Positions 1 through 8,793 of a DNA stretch of 49,461 bases are shown in pieces; positions within the stretch are counted from its first letter, which is position 1; each line of letters opens with the position of its first letter. Location: IMG/VR virus record IMGVR_UViG_3300044501_000030; one strand, given 5' to 3'. The position numbers and the translations under genes are program-made. The notes below the pieces were generated by a model. That model saw nothing but the letters and a program-made list of their open reading frames with translations. It was not told the origin of the DNA and did not search any database. Source of the stretch: a virus.

Positions 1-127
1 AGCACCTTCCGGATGTTGCTCGCCGCAAGACCGTTCTCATCCTCCCGCAAGAGCTGCTCATGATACCGCCAGAGACACTGTCGCACGGCCGCTGCCGCAC
101 ATTCCTTCATGTTGTCGTAGGCCGGTG
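1..127. repeat. Terminal direct repeat, copy A (identical to 49335-49461); circularisation overlap
   Basis: Read directly: 1-127 matches 49335-49461 base for base. A 127-nt overlap is a typical assembler k-mer overlap. Confidence 0.95.
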
Positions 128-1376
128 CAAAGCGATTCGACTGCTGCTGGAGCAGTGAGGCCGTCGTGAACGCCGGGGTGCGAGAGCCGAGCACCTGACT
201 TGGTCGGGGGGTGTTCAGCTCGTTCACCCCGACCCGACGTTCTGCCAATGAGAGGGTGATACCTTCACTTGCCGTGGCGGACGGATAGATTTCTCCAAGC
301 TGCATCGCGACGATATCTTCTCTGGGGTTGCCCTGCGTTTCGATGTTTCGCCCTGCCCACGCCGCGATCGTTGCTTCGTCGATCGTCCCCGCTTTGGTCG
401 CAAAGAACCGCATGTTCGCGAGCTTCATGTTGAGCATGCGATCGTTGTGCTCTTCGGTGAGTTCCTCTTGGTAAGGTTTCAACATCTCCAACACGCCGAG
501 GCCGTTCAGCAGGTGGGCACGGGGATGGTAGACGCAATAGTTGATCGGCCGCGTGTCGTAGGGCGCATATCCGCGCCACGCGATCTTTCTAGAAGTACGG
601 TCCCATATGCAGAGGATCTCCTCATCGAAGCCGTCGTTGTCGTAGTCGAACGTGACGAAGCTCATGTGCATCTCGTAGAGCTTCGCGATCATATCCATAG
701 TCGTCGACCGACCTAAGGCTTCCCGGCGTTGGCGCACATTGTCAATCGAGGAGACGGCTTGGAGCCCCTTCAGCTTCCAGCGCTCCTCTTTGTTCTCGAC
801 GCGGCCATACTCGCGCAACTCGCCCTTCGTCATCCACATGCGGATGTCGACCCATGGGAGTTCATCCAAGATCGCCCCCGCCCCACCGGGTGCCAGGAAG
901 TCTTCGATCGGCACCACGCGGATGCGTGGCCCATAGTCGATCACCGTCCGCGTGGCGGTCCGTTTGATGATGTGGACGAACGGGGTGTAGAGCACGCCCG
1001 TCCCAAGTTGGACGGCATCCAGGAACGCATGATTACAGGCGGCGCGAAGCCCAAACTCGTTTCCGATACCCCATTCGGTAAAGTCTTGGAGCCCCTCAGC
1101 GGCGGCATCCATCTGAGGAAACTCATTGGCACGACGCGTTGGGCGGACCGTCAAGATCGGAGCCACCGCGAAGATATTGGACATCACCTGCGCGTAGAGG
1201 GCGTCTGCCGCGATCGCACCTAAGGTGATTTCGATGTTCGGGGAGTTCTCGATCGGGACGTTCCGATAGGGGTTCTTCGGCACACCTTCGTACTGCCGCA
1301 AGCACTCCAACCAGTTCTGCTCTTGCTGGTAGCGCGCCGAGTAGGCCATCTCGATCTCCGTCGAGAGGTACTGCAT
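1..1376 (-). CDS. Portal protein, N-terminal part (gene wraps across the window edge and continues in 48887..49334)
   Basis: The minus frame with codons at 3-5, 6-8 and so on has no stop from 1376 down to base 1 (checked codon by codon). ATG at 1376-1374 gives MQYLSTEIEMAYSARYQQEQNW... The frame is continuous through the overlap into track ORF 48887..49444. Joined length is 1824 nt (607 aa). It sits directly upstream of the scaffold and capsid genes. It is absent from the ORF track because it runs off the edge. Confidence 0.75.
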   Translation of the reverse strand, partial: MQYLSTEIEMAYSARYQQEQNWLECLRQYEGVPKNPYRNVPIENSPNIEITLGAIAADALYAQVMSNIFAVAPILTVRPTRRANEFPQMDAAAEGLQDFTEWGIGNEFGLRAACNHAFLDAVQLGTGVLYTPFVHIIKRTATRTVIDYGPRIRVVPIEDFLAPGGAGAILDELPWVDIRMWMTKGELREYGRVENKEERWKLKGLQAVSSIDNVRQRREALGRSTTMDMIAKLYEMHMSFVTFDYDNDGFDEEILCIWDRTSRKIAWRGYAPYDTRPINYCVYHPRAHLLNGLGVLEMLKPYQEELTEEHNDRMLNMKLANMRFFATKAGTIDEATIAAWAGRNIETQGNPREDIVAMQLGEIYPSATASEGITLSLAERRVGVNELNTPRPSQVLGSRTPAFTTASLLQQQSNRFAPAYDNMKECAAAAVRQCLWRYHEQLLREDENGLAASNIRKV

Positions 1377-1444
1377 GAGCCGGACGTCGTTGTCCTCCGA
1401 TTGCCGAAGCGGCTCGACGACAGGGATGCGCTGGAAGAGGCGCA

Positions 1445-1849
1445 CTAGCGGTAGCCTCCAATGATGTACTGCACGATCACGCTCCCTGCCGAGAGGTTCT
1501 CGACACGACACCAGGTTGTGGTTGTCTGGATGTTCCACGCGAGGAACATCCCCCCGGTGTTGAGCTGCACCTTCGGTGCGGTCGTGCTCTCTAGCTGCAC
1601 ACGAAGCACGACGCCGGTGAGGTTTGTCACCGAGGTAGCTAAGAAGACCACGAAGGCGATGCGCTGCATCTCCCCAAGACGGGTGTTCAAGTTGAGTGCA
1701 GCGCCAGCCGTGATCGTGAACTCCCCGCCAGGGAAGACATCGGGCAATCGCAGGCTGTGTTCGTAGGACCGGTCGCCGAAGACTGATCCCCCATCGGCTT
1801 CCACGGCCAACGCGAGTTGGACATGCCGAAGGCTAGCCGACGGTGCCAA
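1445..1849 (-). CDS. Hypothetical protein (134 aa, beta-rich)
   Basis: Track ORF, co-oriented and overlapping the upstream ORF by 17 nt. No motif recognised. Confidence 0.55.
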   Translation of the reverse strand: MAPSASLRHVQLALAVEADGGSVFGDRSYEHSLRLPDVFPGGEFTITAGAALNLNTRLGEMQRIAFVVFLATSVTNLTGVVLRVQLESTTAPKVQLNTGGMFLAWNIQTTTTWCRVENLSAGSVIVQYIIGGYR

Positions 1850-2186
1850 CGACCGCTCCGTGGATGGTGGCCGCTTCGCCGACCATCCGCATCGTCAAGG
1901 CCGGGATGTCGAAGCTCCCATCGACGATCGCGAAGACCCCTCCCGCACGCAGGAAGGGAAGGTCGGTCGCCGCCACGCCGTCCCACGTCATCGCGAGATG
2001 GCCGTCTGACTGGAGCACGAGGCCGGACGCCGCCGTGATCGGCGCGTGAAGACTCCCCGTCAGGATGTTCTCGTACACGTGAAAGAGGTGACCCGCAGCG
2101 GCGCCATCTACACGACGTTCGAGCGGCATGTGGCTGAGCGGCCGTCCATCAACGGTCAGCGTGAGCGTGAGACGGAGGCTCGCCAT
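1833..2186 (-). CDS. Hypothetical protein (117 aa)
   Basis: Track ORF. ATG at 2186 abuts the stop (2187-2189) of the upstream micro-ORF. Confidence 0.55.
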   Translation of the reverse strand: MASLRLTLTLTVDGRPLSHMPLERRVDGAAAGHLFHVYENILTGSLHAPITAASGLVLQSDGHLAMTWDGVAATDLPFLRAGGVFAIVDGSFDIPALTMRMVGEAATIHGAVVGTVG

Positions 2187-2357
2187 TCACACCTTGGTGC
2201 CGTTCGGCGTGCTGTTCGGGATGAAGTATACGAGGAGCATGCTGAGCAGCGTGACCACAGCCGCGAGCTGCTCCGGCGTCAGCGGATGAAACTGCTGGAG
2301 CACGCTGGCAGCGGCCCCGGCGATCATAGGTGCCCCTGCTTTGTTGACCGTGGTCAT
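2187..2357 (-). CDS. Small membrane protein (56 aa; MTTVNKAGAPMIAGAAASVLQQFHPLTPEQLAAVVTLLSMLLVYFIPNSTPNGTKV)
   Basis: Hand-translated (below the track cutoff). ATG at 2357 lies 8 nt after AAGGAG (reverse complement of 2366-2371). It has a hydrophobic segment and exactly fills the gap between flanking ORFs. Confidence 0.5.
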   Translation of the reverse strand: MTTVNKAGAPMIAGAAASVLQQFHPLTPEQLAAVVTLLSMLLVYFIPNSTPNGTKV

Positions 2358-2369
2358 GCACACATCTCC

Positions 2370-2774
2370 TTACGTAGGTGTCGGTGTCGGAGTCGGTGTC
2401 AACGTCGGTGTTGCCGTTGGCGTGTCTGTGGGCGTCGCCGTCTCCGTCGGAGTCGGGGTTGGGGTATCCGTCGGTGTTGGTGTTGGGGTCGGAGTTGGCG
2501 TTGGGGTAGGGGTCGGTGTCGCGGTGGGACCCAACACGAGCGCACGGTACACGCCCCCGTTGCAACTCACGCGCAGTTCGTCCGCCGTTGCATCGTCATA
2601 GAGCGTGCACATCCCACTCGGGGAGAGGTCCGGGGCCGCCATCTCGCTGAAAGGAATCTTCACGATGTGCCCCATCTGGTCGAGCATCTGTTCGAGCGTC
2701 CGCTGCGCCGCGTTGGACAGCGCGAGCGTGACCGCAGCTACTAGAAAGAGCAGCGGGAACGCGAAGCGTCGCAT
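2370..2774 (-). CDS. Secreted small protein with C-terminal Pro-Thr repeat tail (134 aa from internal ATG)
   Basis: ATG at 2774 shares 1 nt with the stop of the upstream ORF. N-terminus MRRFAFPLLFLVAAVTLALSNA looks like a Sec signal. The C-terminus is about 40 aa of (T/P) repeats ending TPTPT. Confidence 0.6.
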   Translation of the reverse strand: MRRFAFPLLFLVAAVTLALSNAAQRTLEQMLDQMGHIVKIPFSEMAAPDLSPSGMCTLYDDATADELRVSCNGGVYRALVLGPTATPTPTPTPTPTPTPTPTDTPTPTPTETATPTDTPTATPTLTPTPTPTPT

Positions 2775-3163
2775 CAGCTCGTTTGGCCGTCTGGCGTCTC
2801 GCGGAGGTAGACGACACCGGTGAAAAGTGTATCCGCGTTGTTTGACGCCGTCCCTGTCACTTTGATCTTCATCCACGGCGCCGCCACCGTCACGCCAGGG
2901 ATCGTCTTCAGCCCCTCCGCAGTGGGGACCGCGTTGGACGACGCGACGAGGTCGGTGTTGTCGTCGAAGGACCCGAAGTTGGTGCCATCCTCAGAGATCG
3001 CGTACTCGATCTTGACGTCTGCGGTGCCCGCCACCGAGGTCGCCTTGTAGAGGATCGACTCGAAGTCCGCCCGGCTAAGCGGGATCGGCGGGGAGGTCAG
3101 CGTGGCGGTACTGGCGATCGCTGTGACGTCCCACAACGGTACACGAACGAGCCGATCAGCCAT
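2774..3163 (-). CDS. Hypothetical protein (129 aa, beta-rich)
   Basis: Track ORF, co-oriented and tightly packed. No motif recognised. Confidence 0.55.
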   Translation of the reverse strand: MADRLVRVPLWDVTAIASTATLTSPPIPLSRADFESILYKATSVAGTADVKIEYAISEDGTNFGSFDDNTDLVASSNAVPTAEGLKTIPGVTVAAPWMKIKVTGTASNNADTLFTGVVYLRETPDGQTS

Positions 3164-3172
3164 GCGAACCTC

Positions 3173-3352
3173 CTAGTGGAACTTCTTCAACGTCTGGGCC
3201 AACCGTGCGCGCTTGCCAAGCGTGCCACCCTTCGACGCTGCTGCGGCGAGCTTGCCGGCGGGGATCTTCTTGCCCATCGGCACACCAAGCGATTTGTGGA
3301 GCGCCCCAGGGTGCGTGATGGCACCGGCGATCCACTTCTTCTTTGCTGCCAT
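3173..3352 (-). CDS. Small basic conserved-looking protein (59 aa, MAAKKKWIAGAITHPGALHKSLGVPMGKKIP...)
   Basis: Track ORF 3173..3400 trimmed to the ATG at 3352, just after the stop of the upstream micro-ORF (3357). The sequence resembles a widespread small basic bacterial protein family whose name I cannot recall. Confidence 0.5.
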   Translation of the reverse strand: MAAKKKWIAGAITHPGALHKSLGVPMGKKIPAGKLAAAASKGGTLGKRARLAQTLKKFH

Positions 3353-3356
3353 GGTG

Positions 3357-3509
3357 CTACCGCGAGAGCTTCGGCCGGGCTGGCGACTTCTTGGTGCCAC
3401 CCGTGGCGCCGGGTCCCTTGTAGTTTCTCGGTTCCTCGACGTTGCGTCCCTGCTTCTGGTTGTTCATCTCACGACCGGTGCCTGGATCGTCGCTGTACTT
3501 TGCGGTCAT
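3357..3509 (-). CDS. Small hydrophilic protein (50 aa, MTAKYSDDPGTGREMNNQKQGRNVEEPRNYKGPGATGGTKKSPARPKLSR)
   Basis: Hand-translated. ATG at 3509 is preceded by a strong SD (minus strand ccAAGGAGGcaacgATG). Confidence 0.5.
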   Translation of the reverse strand: MTAKYSDDPGTGREMNNQKQGRNVEEPRNYKGPGATGGTKKSPARPKLSR

Positions 3510-3589
3510 CGTTGCCTCCTTGGTTGGGTGCTCAGCAGGGCTGTAGCACGGAATCGCTCAGCAGACTAGGGCCGTTGTGGGGGTCCTAG

Positions 3590-4312
3590 TCATGGCGTCG
3601 CCGTTGGTACCGGACCGCAAGTGAACGTACCGTCCGCCGCAATCGCCTGGAGGAATTGCCATGACGGGCAGGCACGCGTCGTCGGTGTCGGCGTCGGGGT
3701 CGGGGTCGGCGTGAGGCAGGCGACGGCGCAAACATTCGCCAACTGCGCTGTCGGAACCAAGCCACCTGCGTCGAGACCGCAGATGCCGTCCGCGACGTTC
3801 CGATTGATGGTGATCGGCGAGAAGTCGTCGCCAGGGGTCACCGTGAAATCTTCAAGGTCAAAGTCCGGTGTCGTTGTGACCTGAACGAGGATGCCACCGG
3901 CGTAGATGTCAGTGAACGCATCCGTGTTGGCGTTATCGATATAGTTCTCGCCGGCATCCTGGACCCCATTGCAATTGATGTCGGCGAAGAGCTTGTCCGT
4001 CACGTGCCGACAGATGCACGACGCCGACCCTGCGATCAGCGAACCGATTTGGACACACTGCGTGGTGGCGATCTGTGACGTACTGGTGATGGTGTCCTGG
4101 CAGTCAAAGGCCCCCGAGGTGGAGATGCCACTGATGTAGAAACCCGACACGCACGGTACCGGGGCGTCCGGCAGCGTGAAGTCGATGGCGCTCCATGGGA
4201 GCATCGAGCATCCCGTCGGGTTGGTCGCATCGCCACACATGACGGGCAAGTTCTGGCCCCCAGCCGCTGTCGCGACCAGCAGGAATGCCACGGCGAGCGT
4301 GAATCTTCTCAC
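3590..4312 (-). CDS. Secreted Cys-rich protein with PT linker (240 aa)
   Basis: N-terminus (M/V)RRFTLAVAFLLVATAAGG is signal-like. It has about 14 Cys, a TPTPTPTPTPTT linker, and a C-terminus PVPTATP. The start codon is GTG. Confidence 0.6.
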   Translation of the reverse strand: MRRFTLAVAFLLVATAAGGQNLPVMCGDATNPTGCSMLPWSAIDFTLPDAPVPCVSGFYISGISTSGAFDCQDTITSTSQIATTQCVQIGSLIAGSASCICRHVTDKLFADINCNGVQDAGENYIDNANTDAFTDIYAGGILVQVTTTPDFDLEDFTVTPGDDFSPITINRNVADGICGLDAGGLVPTAQLANVCAVACLTPTPTPTPTPTTRACPSWQFLQAIAADGTFTCGPVPTATP

Positions 4313-4379
4313 GGTGTAGCAGTCGGTGTGGGGGTGGCGTCGGCGACGGAGAGCAGCAGCGCCAGCGCAAACCAGATCA

Positions 4380-7300
4380 TCATGGCGTCGCCGTGGGGGT
4401 CGGCGTTGGGGTGGGCGTGGGTGTTGCGGTACGTGTCGGAGAAGGTGTTGGCGTGATCGTTGGCGGCGTCACGGTAGGCGTCGCGGTCCTGGTCGGGGTC
4501 GCAGTAGGTGTCGGTGTGGCCGTACTCGCGGGGGTTGGGGTCTCACCGGGCGCAGGCCCCGCACACGCATAACTCGCGCCCATCATCACGGCCTGTGACC
4601 CAAAACTTGACGCCGTGCAGGGATGCGTATTCGGCGCACAATCCACACACGGCCCAAAGGAACCATTCGCGGCATGACCAAACGTGGCTTTGATATTCGC
4701 GAGTGTTTCTGCTCTCAGCCAGCGCAGCAGATATCCACCACCCCAGCCCAGCGCCCAGCTTTCGACCTGGTTGTCGAGAATCTCCAAATTCGTGAGATTC
4801 GTAGACGTTGGGATATTGATGCCGGCGGTCGCATGCCCACGGCTGATATTCGCCTCCAGCTTGACCGCGGTGCTCGCGAGCGCCGTCCGTACAGTGATAC
4901 CATAGGCTGCCAGCGGCGGTGTGGTGCAGGTGCTCGCTGCGCAGTCGCCATCGACATGGCAGAGATCACCTTCGGCCGTTCCGCCCGCACAGAATCCCGT
5001 GCGCTCCAAATAGTTGTGATGAATGTTCGTTCTGTCGGCCGCCAACAGACAAATATCACCGATCCCACTGGCGGTGGTTCCCTGTGGGTTCGTCCATCCG
5101 GAATTCGTGAGCGTATTATCTGCGATAATGTCATCCGTACTGGTAGTCACGATGATCCCGCATACACCACTACGATCGACATGATTCCCAGAGACCACAG
5201 ATTGATTGCCTGAGACGGTGATGCCCATATCCTGGCCACCGATGATGACATTATTGGTGATCTGACATTGCCCGCTCGAGCAGGATATGCCATCTGCCCA
5301 TGGGTACCAGATGCGGTTTTCCATTATGCGCACGCCTGGCGCATTACCCTCGATCTGGATGGGGTAGTTCGGATGATTCTGTGTCGTTTCATACAAGGCT
5401 CCCGCGGCAGGAATCACCCGGTTGCCTTGAAGATCAAACCAAAGAAACGCGGAGAGCGTGATGCGGCTGGATGTTGCAGAGGACCATTGGCCGAGAAGAA
5501 CACGATAGATCACATACCTCGTGTTAGCGACCGGTTCGGGCAAGGGGAGATACGTGGTGCGATCATACCAGCCGTCGACCCACATCTCATCGGCATCCTC
5601 GACGAATCGCACAACGGCGAAGGCATTGCCGGTATCTGTGTAGACCAGATCGCCCGGAAGGACATGGCTGGTCACGAAGTTGGGACCGCCTGTAGCGAGA
5701 GCATCCACAATCTTCGTGCCAGGGAAATAGGTAACAGCCACGCCACTCACCGCGCGCACCGGAAGCACGCGAATCGTATCGTTAGCCGCCATGCCACTCA
5801 GATCCACAGTCGGATCGTCGAGCGTGTTCTCTGAGTAGGTCGCATACTGGCCCCCACTCACCTTGCGTCGTGTATAGGGCCATCCGACAAGAAACGTATT
5901 GTCCACAATCTGGAGATCGCGGGACGGCTCCTCGCCGGCCGTGCCGGTGTCGCCAATGACTCCATCAGTCAAAAAACGAAAGAGATTATGGCGCACGGTC
6001 ACGGATTGGCTTGCACGTTGAATAAGCACACCGCGCCCGGCGCCATCAGCATCGCCGGACAATATCGAGTCCTCGATGCTCGCATCGTGGATCGCATCGA
6101 ATGTAACGCAGCTTCCCCCCGCGCGCGCGTCGCAGTTAATGCGTGCAATCCGTATGTCGGTGAGAATCCCCCCGGTGGCCGCAATACCTGTCGCTCCAGA
6201 ATGCGTCCCCATAATCAACCCAAGGTCTTGAATCGCCACATTCGCGGGCGTGATGCCACTGACCAATGTCGGTTGCGAGAGCAAGGAAGTCGCATCCGTC
6301 CCATCAAGTACGGAGGCTGTTCTCCCCTCACCTTGGAAGAGACAATTGGAACAGGTGATGCGGACACCAGAGCCGGCGGGAGTCCCCGTCGCGGACGTGC
6401 CGGTATAGGTCCCAGCCGGAAAGAAAATCACTCCTCGGCCGGCGGTGCGCACGGCATCGACTGTCGCTTGGATCGCTACGACATCATCGAGGCCATCATT
6501 CGGGATGGCGCCGTAATCACGTACATTGAATTGTGGTGAGACCGAACGGAGGTGTGCCGACCCATCGCGCCATTGCAACCGCCCGTCATCCATCACCTGC
6601 GCCGTGCCAGTGCCGGCGGGGAGGTCGGTCGTACCGCCGTCCGGAAAGGAGAAGTCGCGGCAGATGAACTCCTGCCCCGGCGGATCATTGTTGGAATCGC
6701 GGTATTCGATGTGCTGATCAGGTCGGCACTCGAAGATTTCAAAGTTGGTGTAGCCTCCTTGCGCGTTGGTGACGGGGATCATGTCCGCGTCGCCCACGCC
6801 GGACAGAGTGAGGCCGTTCGCGACCGTGACGCATCCGCCCTCACCCGAGAGATATTCGTTTGCTTCATTACACTTCGTGTCGACGACGCTCATGTTGCTG
6901 ATCGTCCCGCTCACGTCACCGGCCACCGCAGCAGAGATCACGCCCGCAGAACTCACACCCATGCCGCCGGTGCCCGTCACCGCCACCGTGCCGTTCGCGT
7001 CCGGCCAGTTGATGTCCTTCACACCGCCAATCGAAAAGGCAGGTCCGTTCACCCGCACACCAATCGCGTTGATGCTGTCGACGAACGTGAGCGTGTGCCC
7101 GCTGACGCCACCGGAGAAGCACGTCCCGCTAAAACAATCCCCGACCGCAGTGATATCCCCGAGCGCAGCGGTGGCCGTGGGCGTGGGCGTTGGACTGAGC
7201 GTCGGCGTGGGGGTGGCGGGCAGACAGGCGAGCACATCGGGACAGCCGCCCACCATGCCTGTGCCACCTCCTCCTGCCGTCATCGTTGGGGTCGGGGCGG

Positions 7301-7388
7301 TGCCCTCGGGTGTAGGCGTCTCGAAGATTTGTGGCAGCGCCACAGCGGGGAGCAACAGGAAGACCACCACCAGAAGGAGAGTACGCAT
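4380..7388 (-). CDS. Secreted right-handed beta-helix / pectate-lyase-superfamily-like glycanase candidate (1002 aa) with PT linkers
   Basis: Signal-like N-terminus MRTLLLVVVFLLLPAVALPQ. PT-rich linkers occur after the signal and at the C-terminus. FNVRDYGAIPNDGLDDVVAIQATVDAV...GVIFFPAGTY matches the N-terminal signature of pectate-lyase-3-type beta-helix proteins. Later repeats have NxxI/GN-type periodicity. Confidence 0.65.
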   Translation of the reverse strand: MRTLLLVVVFLLLPAVALPQIFETPTPEGTAPTPTMTAGGGGTGMVGGCPDVLACLPATPTPTLSPTPTPTATAALGDITAVGDCFSGTCFSGGVSGHTLTFVDSINAIGVRVNGPAFSIGGVKDINWPDANGTVAVTGTGGMGVSSAGVISAAVAGDVSGTISNMSVVDTKCNEANEYLSGEGGCVTVANGLTLSGVGDADMIPVTNAQGGYTNFEIFECRPDQHIEYRDSNNDPPGQEFICRDFSFPDGGTTDLPAGTGTAQVMDDGRLQWRDGSAHLRSVSPQFNVRDYGAIPNDGLDDVVAIQATVDAVRTAGRGVIFFPAGTYTGTSATGTPAGSGVRITCSNCLFQGEGRTASVLDGTDATSLLSQPTLVSGITPANVAIQDLGLIMGTHSGATGIAATGGILTDIRIARINCDARAGGSCVTFDAIHDASIEDSILSGDADGAGRGVLIQRASQSVTVRHNLFRFLTDGVIGDTGTAGEEPSRDLQIVDNTFLVGWPYTRRKVSGGQYATYSENTLDDPTVDLSGMAANDTIRVLPVRAVSGVAVTYFPGTKIVDALATGGPNFVTSHVLPGDLVYTDTGNAFAVVRFVEDADEMWVDGWYDRTTYLPLPEPVANTRYVIYRVLLGQWSSATSSRITLSAFLWFDLQGNRVIPAAGALYETTQNHPNYPIQIEGNAPGVRIMENRIWYPWADGISCSSGQCQITNNVIIGGQDMGITVSGNQSVVSGNHVDRSGVCGIIVTTSTDDIIADNTLTNSGWTNPQGTTASGIGDICLLAADRTNIHHNYLERTGFCAGGTAEGDLCHVDGDCAASTCTTPPLAAYGITVRTALASTAVKLEANISRGHATAGINIPTSTNLTNLEILDNQVESWALGWGGGYLLRWLRAETLANIKATFGHAANGSFGPCVDCAPNTHPCTASSFGSQAVMMGASYACAGPAPGETPTPASTATPTPTATPTRTATPTVTPPTITPTPSPTRTATPTPTPTPTPTATP

Positions 7389-7669
7389 CAGTCTTTCCTC
7401 CGAAGGGCCATCACTGCGTCGATCGTCTGTTGATCGCTTTGGAGGCGGACCGTGGTCGCCGTGGCCGCGTGCGCGGCGGCAGAGGCGGCTGCGGCGGAGG
7501 CGGTGGCTGCCGCACGGTTCAGTTCGATCAGTTCGGCTAAATGTCCATTCATCTGGATCGTCAACGTTGCCACGCGACGCGCGTTCACGAGGGCCGTAAC
7601 CAACGCAGCAAAGGCCATCAACGTAGGCGGCATCGCGACGATTAGCGCAATCCAGATGTTCTCAGGCAT
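7388..7669 (-). CDS. Small membrane protein (93 aa; MPENIWIALIVAMPPTLMAFAALVTALVNARR...), holin-like by position only
   Basis: Track ORF 7388..7756 trimmed to the ATG at 7669 (GAGAGGGGAAAGA upstream). It has one N-terminal hydrophobic helix and an Ala-rich tail. Its stop overlaps the start of the 1002-aa ORF. Confidence 0.5.
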   Translation of the reverse strand: MPENIWIALIVAMPPTLMAFAALVTALVNARRVATLTIQMNGHLAELIELNRAAATASAAAASAAAHAATATTVRLQSDQQTIDAVMALRRKD

Positions 7670-7895
7670 TCTTTCCCCTCTCGGTGATGTGGTGGAGGCG
7701 GCGCAGCACGACTTCGCGGGTATTTGTTGGCCGTTTCTGCCACACGACGGGACCACACGAACCGCAGCGTCGACAATGACTGAGTTCGAGAATCACCTCG
7801 GACTCTGGCACGTCTTCGCCACAAGTGACGCAGCAATACTGGAGATGGCTGTACTTCAGCGCCGTTGCTCGGCCACCCGCACTTCCTGGCTTCAT
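7662..7895 (-). CDS. Zinc-ribbon-like small protein (77 aa; CCVTCG...CRRCGSCG)
   Basis: 3' part of track ORF 7662..8057. ATG at 7895 forms an ATGA overlap with the TerL-nuclease stop. It has two CxxC pairs. Confidence 0.45.
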   Translation of the reverse strand: MKPGSAGGRATALKYSHLQYCCVTCGEDVPESEVILELSHCRRCGSCGPVVWQKRPTNTREVVLRRLHHITERGKNA

Positions 7896-8539
7896 GCCCA
7901 TCTCCGGTTGGCGCGGCCGAAGGCTTCGAGCCGGCCTTGGGCGATCGCGGGAGGCACGTTGGCCCGTTTCAAGTAGGTCGCGAGCCCTTCGAGGGACGCA
8001 TCTCGGCTTCGTTGCAGTGACCGCCGAGGGAGCGCGCGCACTGCTGAGGCGAGACAATCGATGATGTCTTTCAACCGCAACTCGGTTTGCGGAAACGTGA
8101 GGATCGCTTTGCGCAGCTCGTCGTGCTGCTTCTGGATGAAGAGCTTGCCAAAGGCGAGCATCGGCTGAAGGACCATGCGGATACGCATGTCCTTATCGAT
8201 CCGCGTCGACTGGGCCACGCCTTGGAGCGGGAGGCGGATGTTCCGGCTCTTCAAGATGATCTGCGCCGTCCCCGCGAAGAGTTCTTGCATAGCGTTCGAC
8301 TCACAGCCGAAGGACCGCATCTGTGGGTAGCGTTGGCCCAGTTCCCCAATCTTCTCCACGAACTTGTCGATCGAGACCCGATCGTGCCACGCCTCCAAGA
8401 CGAACGCCCGGCCGAGGACATCGCCCCCGACGATGGTGATCGCCTGTGAGGAGCGTTGCTTCTTCAGGTGCTGATTCTTGGTCCCAGCCGGATCGATGAA
8501 GCCCACGATCGTCAAGGATTTGAGGTCGAAGGTGGTCAC
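7892..8539 (-). CDS. terL: Terminase large subunit, C-terminal nuclease domain encoded as a separate ORF (215 aa)
   Basis: RNase-H-like terminase nuclease motifs in order: IVGFIDPAG, FGCESNAMQ, DIIDCLASA. There is no ATPase motif in this ORF. Confidence 0.7.
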   Translation of the reverse strand: MTTFDLKSLTIVGFIDPAGTKNQHLKKQRSSQAITIVGGDVLGRAFVLEAWHDRVSIDKFVEKIGELGQRYPQMRSFGCESNAMQELFAGTAQIILKSRNIRLPLQGVAQSTRIDKDMRIRMVLQPMLAFGKLFIQKQHDELRKAILTFPQTELRLKDIIDCLASAVRALPRRSLQRSRDASLEGLATYLKRANVPPAIAQGRLEAFGRANRRWA

Positions 8540-8793
8540 GTACGCATGTCCCCAATCTCGTCGTGGAGGGCAAGTGAGAGGTATGTGATCTCCTCTGACC
8601 GTGTGACACCTGCGCGCAGCCTTCCCAGTTTCAGTTCTCCGTTGGACAACTCATGGACGTAGACCACAAGGAGGTGTTTCGTCGAGTCAATCTCTTCTTG
8701 GCTGAGCAAGTCTTCAAGCGCCTGACGTGCGGACCATGTCTTGTTGTCGTCCGACTTCTCAATCAACGGGACGACTTTGAGATGCTTCGTCAT
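8536..8793 (-). CDS. Hypothetical protein (85 aa) inserted between the TerL halves
   Basis: Track ORF with 4-nt ATGA overlaps on both sides. Hand-counted GC of 60-nt lines is 47-57%, lower than its neighbours. Confidence 0.6.
   Translation of the reverse strand: MTKHLKVVPLIEKSDDNKTWSARQALEDLLSQEEIDSTKHLLVVYVHELSNGELKLGRLRAGVTRSEEITYLSLALHDEIGDMRT

Noticed and set aside
2375-2520. GGTGTCGGN-type short tandem repeats (also 3680-3715, 4380-4560 and 7150-7330) as a satellite or array
   Set aside because: They are in frame with Pro-Thr linker or tail segments of the secreted proteins. They are coding low-complexity sequence, not an independent repeat element.
2046-2744. 232-aa plus-strand ORF with Cys/Arg/Trp repeats
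   Set aside because: It is the antisense and frame-shifted reading of the PT-repeat coding DNA and of three tightly packed minus-strand genes.
6552-7599. Plus-strand ORFs of 293 and 277 aa
   Set aside because: They are antisense to the 1002-aa beta-helix gene. Their compositions are Arg-rich or Pro/Ser-rich and they show no start signals.
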